A stretch of 60,943 nt of DNA, filler included. It is 6 parts of 6 records of this genome, joined end to end, with 100 filler letters (N's around TTAATTAATTAA, not from the genome) between each part and the next. Parts side by side here need not be neighbours in the genome. Positions count along the whole stretch, not along the records: positions 47,976 to 60,943 come from DRR378314_561; 5 more parts are not named here. The stretch is one strand, 5' to 3'. Below the pieces are notes generated by a model. The model saw nothing but the letters and a program-made list of their open reading frames with translations, was not told where the DNA came from and did not search any database. How positions within the stretch are numbered: the first letter of the stretch is position 1; every line of letters starts with the position of its first letter. Position numbers and translations under genes: made by a program. Below, in pieces: positions 54,677 to 60,943 of the stretch.

Positions 54677-55891
54677 CTAGCGTTCTCCTCCACCCGGATT
54701 TTCAGGGGTGCGCGCCCGGCGGGGAGGTGTGGCCGGACGCGGGGTCGAGATCGCCCTGGCCAGCAAGGAAATATCCTGACGCAACTCTGCCATGGTTTCC
54801 TGACGTCCCGCTGAAATCTCTTCAAGAATACGCAGCATCTGCACGTCGATTGAGCGCAGGCGCATCCGACTTTCTGCATCCATGCCATCGCTGCTATGGC
54901 CCTCAAGCGTGGTAATCAGCCGCTCCTGCCCGTTCGCGATCCGGTCCAGAGCCGCAGCTGCGGCATCATCACGTTGCATGCGCTCTGTCATACGGTCGAC
55001 GGCATCGGCAAGCTTGCCCAGCTTTTCATCCACCACGCTGCGGCCCTCTTCGGATCTGGCAAACAGGGCTTGCAACCCGTCCATTTGGTTAACCATCTGT
55101 TCGGACAAATGGTCCAGCACACCGGCCATCGCCGCCTGTTCACCGCTCGCATCTTCGCCCGCACTGAACCCGACCCTTGTGATAGAGCTAAGCCAATCTT
55201 CAAGCTCCTGATAAAACCGGTTCTGCCCGTGGCCCGCAAACAGTTCCAGCAGGCCAACAACCAAGGATCCCGCCAAACCCAGCAACGACGAGCCAAAGGC
55301 AACACCCATGCCGCCCAATTGTGCCTCAAGGCCGGTCATCAGCTTGCCAAATACATCAACACCATCTTCACCTTCAGCCGGAGCCAGACTGCGAATGGTG
55401 TCAACAACTGCGGGCACGGTGGTGGCAAGCCCGTAGAAAGTTCCCAAAAGGCCAAGGAAAATCAGCATGTTGACGATGTAACGTGTGATCTCTCTGGCTT
55501 CATCAATACGGGTGGAAACGGAATCAAGGATCGAACGCGTCGAAGTTGCCGAAACCTGCATGCGTGCGCCGCGGGTGCGCAGCAGCGATGCCAGTGGGGC
55601 CAAAAGCTGTGGCGCGACCGTATCGGGGTCAGGCGTGTCGGAGGCAAAGTTCTCGATCCAGCGTACCGAGCCAATCAGCTGAAAAACCTGATAAAAACAC
55701 GCCAGCACACCGATGAAAAACACCAGAATGATCACCCCGTTCAAATAGGGGTTGGCCGCAAAAATCGGATAGACAGAGGGCAGCGCCAGAAAGGCACCGA
55801 ACCCGGTCAGGGCCAGCACAATCAACATCAGGGAAATCTGACGGAAGGGCTGGGAAAACTGTGGTCGCTCTGCGCGGTCTGCCTGCGCCAT
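54677..55891 (-). CDS. MotA/TolQ/ExbB (ZorA-like) ion-channel subunit with a cytoplasmic C-terminal tail
   Basis: Four hydrophobic helices including LIFLGLLGTFYGL and MGVAFGSSLLGL; the stop directly abuts the partner start (TAGATG). Confidence 0.82.
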   Translation of the reverse strand: MAQADRAERPQFSQPFRQISLMLIVLALTGFGAFLALPSVYPIFAANPYLNGVIILVFFIGVLACFYQVFQLIGSVRWIENFASDTPDPDTVAPQLLAPLASLLRTRGARMQVSATSTRSILDSVSTRIDEAREITRYIVNMLIFLGLLGTFYGLATTVPAVVDTIRSLAPAEGEDGVDVFGKLMTGLEAQLGGMGVAFGSSLLGLAGSLVVGLLELFAGHGQNRFYQELEDWLSSITRVGFSAGEDASGEQAAMAGVLDHLSEQMVNQMDGLQALFARSEEGRSVVDEKLGKLADAVDRMTERMQRDDAAAAALDRIANGQERLITTLEGHSSDGMDAESRMRLRSIDVQMLRILEEISAGRQETMAELRQDISLLARAISTPRPATPPRRARTPENPGGGER

Positions 55892-55966
55892 TAGGTCGTT
55901 TCTCCTGACCCGGTATTACTGCTCTCCAGACAGGATAAACTGAAAACGTCGCAGTATGCCAAGGTT

Positions 55967-56497
55967 TTATCCTGCCAGCGCTTTAACGCGGGAATGAAGC
56001 CAGTTCAGCTCTGCATCCTCCAACCCGACCGCCGTCAGATGGTCCGCGGTATTATACAGATATTCGGTGTTCGGGCCACGGCCGCCAACTGCCTGCGCAA
56101 TGATCTGTGCCTGTTCTTCCAGCGGCAGGCCACCGCAATATTGTTCGTGGCTTTCATCAATCACATACACAACGGCCGTCACCACCCGGCCATCCGCGAG
56201 GGTCACATCCAGCATTTTCTCAAGATAGGCCGAAGAGATCAATTCGCGTTCGCGCAGATAGGCAAGGGTTACCTCCTCCTGCCCGTCTTTCACCCGCAAC
56301 GCCATGCCCGAGCAGGCGGTGTGCGGTTGCTCATCAAGGGCCAGCACCAAACCGGGGTCTTGAACCGTGCCACGGTGGTGGATCGAACGCATGCAAAACG
56401 ACCGGGCATAGCCCGGCAAGCTGGCGACCACACTTTCCGCGATCTCAAACCCCGGGTTCCACAAAAGTGATCCGTATCCGAATACCCATAATGCCAT
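55967..56497 (-). CDS. chaC: Gamma-glutamylcyclotransferase (ChaC family)
   Basis: LWVFGYGSLLW, HRGT…PGLVLALD, YLREREL and GPNTEYL. Confidence 0.9.
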   Translation of the reverse strand: MALWVFGYGSLLWNPGFEIAESVVASLPGYARSFCMRSIHHRGTVQDPGLVLALDEQPHTACSGMALRVKDGQEEVTLAYLRERELISSAYLEKMLDVTLADGRVVTAVVYVIDESHEQYCGGLPLEEQAQIIAQAVGGRGPNTEYLYNTADHLTAVGLEDAELNWLHSRVKALAG

Positions 56498-56564
56498 CGT
56501 ACTGGTCCTTTATTGTCTGGATCGGTAAACCGCATCTGAGGGTTAAGTTAAAGGGGTTTTGCGG

Positions 56565-57566
56565 GTGCGCAGGCTGGTTTGGATTTTCTCGATGATTGCC
56601 GTGCTCTGGACGGTGTGGTGGCTGCTTGCTGCTGGTGCATTGGAAACGGGGCTGAACAAATGGCTTGATGACCGTCGCGCGGCAGGCTGGCAGGCCGATG
56701 TGGATGCACCGAATGTTAGTGGATTTCCCGGAAAGTTTGATCTGGGTCTGGGCACGCTCGCTTTGCAAGATCCCGAAACCGGCTTAACTGTCACAACCGA
56801 CGGGTTGCGCGTCACGGCCCCCTCTTACTGGCCGGGACAGGTCACTGTGCATTTGCCGCAGTCACCGATAAACATCTCGACGCCCGATATCGCGCTGGCC
56901 CTGACCGCCAAACAAGCTCAGGCAACCATGCGGCTGCGCCCCACCCCGGATTTGCAACTGGATCATTTGACCGCAACCGGCGGCCCATGGCAGATCGACC
57001 TGCCTCAGGGCAAGCTGTTGGCTGCAAAGGATTTTCGCGCCGAGATGGCCCAAGGTGACAGGCCAGACATCTACCGCATCCAAATGGAGGCGTCACAGCC
57101 GGTTCCCGGCGAGTTGATCCGTACAGCCCTTGCCCTGCCGCTGGATTGGCCAAGGGCTTTTGATGTTTTGGTGGCAGATATCACCGTCACCTTGGATGCC
57201 CCGCTTGATCGTTTCACATTGGAAAACCGCCGCCCGCATCCCCACGCAATACAACTGGACAGGGTCACACTGGTCTGGGGACCGTTGACGTTGGACATGC
57301 AAGGGCGCGTCAGCATCGACTCCACTGGCATTCCAGATGGTCAGTTCGATCTGCTGTTCGAAAACTGGCGTGAAGGTTTTGAACTGGCAAAGAACACCGG
57401 TGCCCTTCCGGCCAAGCTACACACGCAGGCAGAGATCATGTTGAACGCGCTGGCCAATTTGGGTGACGATCCCGAACGGCTGGAGCTCAAACTGCGTTTT
57501 GCGCAAGGTCAGGCATTTCTGGGGTCAATCCCCCTGGGTCCGGCCCCGCGCCTGGTGCTGCCCTGA
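56565..57566 (+). CDS. DUF2125-like membrane-anchored protein
   Basis: N-terminal TM (LWTVWW) and a VSGFP motif; divergent from chaC as is common in alphaproteobacteria; GTG start after AAGGGG. Confidence 0.7.
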   Translation: MRRLVWIFSMIAVLWTVWWLLAAGALETGLNKWLDDRRAAGWQADVDAPNVSGFPGKFDLGLGTLALQDPETGLTVTTDGLRVTAPSYWPGQVTVHLPQSPINISTPDIALALTAKQAQATMRLRPTPDLQLDHLTATGGPWQIDLPQGKLLAAKDFRAEMAQGDRPDIYRIQMEASQPVPGELIRTALALPLDWPRAFDVLVADITVTLDAPLDRFTLENRRPHPHAIQLDRVTLVWGPLTLDMQGRVSIDSTGIPDGQFDLLFENWREGFELAKNTGALPAKLHTQAEIMLNALANLGDDPERLELKLRFAQGQAFLGSIPLGPAPRLVLP

Positions 57567-58364
57567 TTACTTGCAGTAGCTGCCGGACCGATACCGCGCT
57601 GTATCGAAATGGAAATGATCAAGATGAAACCGGTTTGCCTTTGGCCCCAGAACCGTGCCGAACGGCCCGCAAGCGCCTTTGTGCATCCGGCGCATCGCCT
57701 TGGAATAGCGCCGCGCGTTCCAGCCTTTCAGCACGCTGACCTCTGATCCATCCGCCAATCTGAACCCGGAAATATCAATCGCGCGGCCTTTGCCATGCTC
57801 CGACAGTTTCGCGCCCTTTTGATTGTTGCGGGTTCGGCAGGCGTAATGCGCTGCAACGCGCAGGCTGCTGAGCCCGCCCCCCTGTTTCGACAAGGCAGGT
57901 TTGGCCGATTGTTCCAACCAGACCTTAAGCGCGCCCGCCGTTTTACAGTCCATCACCGCACGCTGGCTCAACCCAACCCCGGACACCGAGCGCACCCGCA
58001 CTGCATTTTCAATCCGGCAACCGCGCAGTTTGCCGGTGACACGGCCCACCTGTTCGCCTTGAATTGCCAGATCACCACAGACAGCGCCCTTGGCCTGCAA
58101 CCGCTTTTGCGCGCGTCCCTCTTTGGCGGCCTTATTGCTGCGAAACAGCGGGCGCAGGGATGAAAATATCCCGCCGCGTTGCTTGGCTGCATCCTGCGGT
58201 GCGCTTTGCTGCGGTTGCGAAATAGCGCCCGTCGCTTCAAGGGTGAGCGGCTGCTGAACAGCATTGCCACCACGTTGGACCGGTCGCAAAGAGGCCGAAG
58301 GATCGGCGGCCAGCGCCAGCTGCGCAGAGACCATAACCAAACCGATGACCCAAATCCTGATCAC
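57567..58364 (-). CDS. Extensin-like family protein (Extensin-like_C domain)
   Basis: Signal peptide; YACRTRN, SEHGKGRAIDISGF, ACGPFGTVLGP and HLDHFHFD. Confidence 0.85.
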   Translation of the reverse strand: MIRIWVIGLVMVSAQLALAADPSASLRPVQRGGNAVQQPLTLEATGAISQPQQSAPQDAAKQRGGIFSSLRPLFRSNKAAKEGRAQKRLQAKGAVCGDLAIQGEQVGRVTGKLRGCRIENAVRVRSVSGVGLSQRAVMDCKTAGALKVWLEQSAKPALSKQGGGLSSLRVAAHYACRTRNNQKGAKLSEHGKGRAIDISGFRLADGSEVSVLKGWNARRYSKAMRRMHKGACGPFGTVLGPKANRFHLDHFHFDTARYRSGSYCK

Positions 58365-59284
58365 TTGCTGCGCTCCCCGCCCCGTCCGAAATCAGGCGCG
58401 TCGGTATCTTGACCAGCCTCGATGATCCCGCGCCGGATCGCCCGTGTGCGGGTGAAATAATCGTGCAGATGATCGCCGTCGCCCTGCCGGATTGCCCGTT
58501 GCAGGGCGAACAGTTCCTCGGTGAAGCGCCCCAGAATTTCCAGCGTCGCCTCTTTATTGGACAGGAAGACATCCCGCCACATGGTTGGATCAGAAGCGGC
58601 GATGCGGGTAAAATCGCGAAAACCCGCGGCGGAGTATTTAATCACTTCTGTATCGGTCACCCGGCGCAGATCATCCGCCACCCCCACCATCGTGTAGGCA
58701 ATCAGGTGCGGTGCATGGCTGGTGACGGCCAGCACCAGATCATGATGCTCTGCGTCCATTTCCTCGACATTTGCACCCATCCCTTCCCAGAGCGCCCGCA
58801 ATTGCGCAGTTGCGGCCGGGTCGGTGCCTTCAGTCGGGACAATCAACAACCAGCGGTTGTCAAAAAGTTCAGCAAAACCTGATGCCGGCCCCGAATGTTC
58901 CGTCCCGGCAAGCGGGTGTGCAGGCACAAAATGCACATTGTCGGGCAGGTGCGGTGCCACCTGCGCTATCACATCCGCCTTGACCGACCCCACATCTGAA
59001 ATCGTTGCCCCCGCCTTGAGATGCGGCGCGATCTGTGCCGCCACCGCGCCCATGACCCCAACTGGGATACACAGCACCACCAGATCCGCGTCTTCGACAG
59101 CTTCGGCAAGCGTATCACAGACCCGGTCGCACAGCCCGATTTCACGCGCCGTTTCGCGGGTTTCTGCCGAGCGGGCATAGCCCACCACTTCGCCCGCCAA
59201 ACCACCGCGTTTCATCGCCCAGAACATCGACGATGCAATCAACCCAAGGCCGATTAAGGCAACGCGCTCATATACTTGCGGCAT
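58361..59284 (-). CDS. tyrC: Cyclohexadienyl (prephenate/arogenate) dehydrogenase
   Basis: GLGLIASS Rossmann motif, [22 protein letters not shown] and [18 protein letters not shown]. Confidence 0.93.
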   Translation of the reverse strand: MPQVYERVALIGLGLIASSMFWAMKRGGLAGEVVGYARSAETRETAREIGLCDRVCDTLAEAVEDADLVVLCIPVGVMGAVAAQIAPHLKAGATISDVGSVKADVIAQVAPHLPDNVHFVPAHPLAGTEHSGPASGFAELFDNRWLLIVPTEGTDPAATAQLRALWEGMGANVEEMDAEHHDLVLAVTSHAPHLIAYTMVGVADDLRRVTDTEVIKYSAAGFRDFTRIAASDPTMWRDVFLSNKEATLEILGRFTEELFALQRAIRQGDGDHLHDYFTRTRAIRRGIIEAGQDTDAPDFGRGGERSK

Positions 59285-60368
59285 CTACAGTCCCTTCTTT
59301 GAACTGACGGATGGCATGCACCACGCGGCGGCAGCTGGCCTCGTCCCCGACGGTGATCCGCAGGCAATTGGGTAATTTGTAGCTGCCCACCGGGCGCACC
59401 AGAAGCCCCTGACTGGCCAGATAGGCATTGCAGGCATCTGCATCTTCCGCGCTGGCCATCCGTGCCAGCACAAAATTTGCACAGGAGACATCAGACGGCA
59501 CGCCAATCTCCGCCAGGGCATCGGCCATCCAAGTCCGCCAGCGCGCGTTTTCGGCGCGGCAATGATCCAGATAGGCGGTGTCACGCACTGCGGCTTCTGC
59601 GGCACTCAGCGCTGCTTGGCTGACGTTGAACGGCCCGCGCACACGGTTCAACACCTCCAGCACATGCTGCGGCCCATAGCCCCAACCGATGCGTAAACCG
59701 CCCAAACCGTAGATCTTGGAGAAGGTGCGGGTCATCACCACATTGTCGCGGCTGTCGACAAGGGAAGCCCCGCCGTCATATCCCTCGACATACTCCGCAT
59801 AGGCACCATCCAGCACCAGAAGCGCCTTGGGTGGCAAACCATCCGCCAGCCGCGCAATTTCAGATGCCCCAATCATCGTGCCAGTTGGGTTATTGGGGTT
59901 CGCCATGAACACCAGACGGGTTTTGTCGCTACATCCCTCCAGCAGCGCATCCACATCAGTGACCCGCTCGCGTTCGGCAACCTCAACCGGCGTGGCACCA
60001 GCGGCCAATGCGTTGATCCGATACATGCCAAACCCGTGTTCGGTGTGCAGCACTTCGGTGCCCGGCCCGGCATAGGCCTGACATAGAAAGGCAATAATCT
60101 CGTCCGAACCGGCCCCGCAGATGATGCGCTCTGCATCAATCTCATGGGTTTCGGCGATGGCGGCACGCAAGGAACCATGATCGGTGGACGGGTATCGGTG
60201 CAGCGTGAAAGAAGCGCGGCGAAACGCCTCGATTGCAGCCTGTGACGGCCCCAACGGGTTTTCGTTTGACGATAGTTTGACCACATTCTCAAGGCCAGCC
60301 ACCGACGCGGCCCCGCCTTGATAAAGCGTGATGTCCATAATACCGGGCTGCGGTGCGATCTGCGTCAT
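59268..60368 (-). CDS. hisC: Histidinol-phosphate aminotransferase
   Basis: [24 protein letters not shown] and [15 protein letters not shown] (PLP lysine). Confidence 0.95.
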   Translation of the reverse strand: MTQIAPQPGIMDITLYQGGAASVAGLENVVKLSSNENPLGPSQAAIEAFRRASFTLHRYPSTDHGSLRAAIAETHEIDAERIICGAGSDEIIAFLCQAYAGPGTEVLHTEHGFGMYRINALAAGATPVEVAERERVTDVDALLEGCSDKTRLVFMANPNNPTGTMIGASEIARLADGLPPKALLVLDGAYAEYVEGYDGGASLVDSRDNVVMTRTFSKIYGLGGLRIGWGYGPQHVLEVLNRVRGPFNVSQAALSAAEAAVRDTAYLDHCRAENARWRTWMADALAEIGVPSDVSCANFVLARMASAEDADACNAYLASQGLLVRPVGSYKLPNCLRITVGDEASCRRVVHAIRQFKEGTVDAASI

Positions 60369-60429
60369 CTGCGCGTCCTGTCCTTGGTTTCAAGCCGTTC
60401 TAGCCCTGCGGCGGTGTCGCGACCAGTAC

Positions 60430-60468
60430 CAAAAGCAAAGGGCCGCGGCGGTTTCCCGTCGCAGCCCC
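60430..60468 (-). terminator. Probable intrinsic terminator after rpsD
   Basis: Minus strand GGGCTGCGACGG-GAAA-CCGCCGCGGCCC is a GC-rich stem (one G-U pair, one mismatch) with a GNRA loop, followed by TTTGCTTTT. Confidence 0.7.
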
Positions 60469-60498
60469 TGTGATTGGCTTGGAATGAAAAGGCGAAGA

Positions 60499-60943
60499 TT
60501 AGTTCTTCGCGTAGAATTCCACGACGAGGTTTGGTTCCATCACGACTGGATATGGCACGTCGCCCAAAGTTGGGGTGCGCGTAAAGGTCGCGGTCATTTT
60601 GGAATGGTCTGCCTCGATATAATCCGGCACGTCACGCTCTGCCAGCTGAGTGGCTTCAAGCAATGCAACCATCTGCTTGGAACGGTCACGTACTTCGATC
60701 ACGTCACCTTCTTTTACGCGGTAGGAAGGGATGTTCACTTTCTTGCCGTTCACACGGACGTGGCCGTGGTTCACGAACTGACGGGCGGCAAATACTGTGG
60801 CAACGAATTTGGCACGGTACACAACCGCGTCCAGACGGCGCTCCAGCAGACCGATCAGGTTTTCACCTGTATCACCTTTTACACGCTCGGCTTCGCCGTA
60901 GATGCGGCGGAACTGCTTTTCGGTCAGGTCGCCGTAGTAGCCC
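60499..60943 (-). CDS. rpsD: 30S ribosomal protein S4, C-terminal part
   Basis: [13 protein letters not shown]…[15 protein letters not shown]…[10 protein letters not shown]…VNIPSYRV…VVEFY. Confidence 0.97.
   Translation of the reverse strand, partial: GYYGDLTEKQFRRIYGEAERVKGDTGENLIGLLERRLDAVVYRAKFVATVFAARQFVNHGHVRVNGKKVNIPSYRVKEGDVIEVRDRSKQMVALLEATQLAERDVPDYIEADHSKMTATFTRTPTLGDVPYPVVMEPNLVVEFYAKN

Noticed and set aside
52529..55891. Calling the MotA/MotB-like pair a Zorya anti-phage system or a flagellar motAB
   Set aside because: There are no zorC/D/E-like helicase or nuclease genes, no defence-island context and no flagellar genes; the long coiled coil is in the B subunit.

Overview
This window is not one contiguous locus. 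Five identical spacers (44 N + TTAATTAATTAA + 44 N) join six contigs from at least three organisms, so adjacency across a spacer means nothing biologically. (1) 1-11798 is an AT-rich Bacteroidota (Flavobacteriaceae-like) contig with four tandem ~800-aa MacB/FtsX-type ABC permeases flanked by two LolD/MacB-type ATPases. (2) 11899-47875 is four GC- and CpG-rich contigs from an intron-rich, probably flagellated protist. Most six-frame ORFs there are spurious. Manual splicing recovers a tandem-PH protein, lipin/Pah1, an AXDND1-like protein, a bacterial-type NagB-II (deaminase + PIG-L-like domain, 5 introns), a RING/TRAF-zinc-finger protein with SIM-like motifs, a Topors-like E3 ligase, an SLC38/AAAP transporter and a protein with at least three bromodomains. 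(3) 47976-60943 is a Rhodobacteraceae-like housekeeping region: methyltransferase, gloB, clpA, M23 peptidase, a MotA/MotB (ZorA/ZorB-like) pair with a very long coiled coil, chaC, a DUF2125-like gene, an extensin-like gene, tyrC, hisC and rpsD. The best leads are the ZorAB-like motor pair with no defence effectors, the conserved ~85-bp spacers in the permease array and the intronised bacterial-type nagB. All assignments come from motif recognition by eye; no database searches were run.
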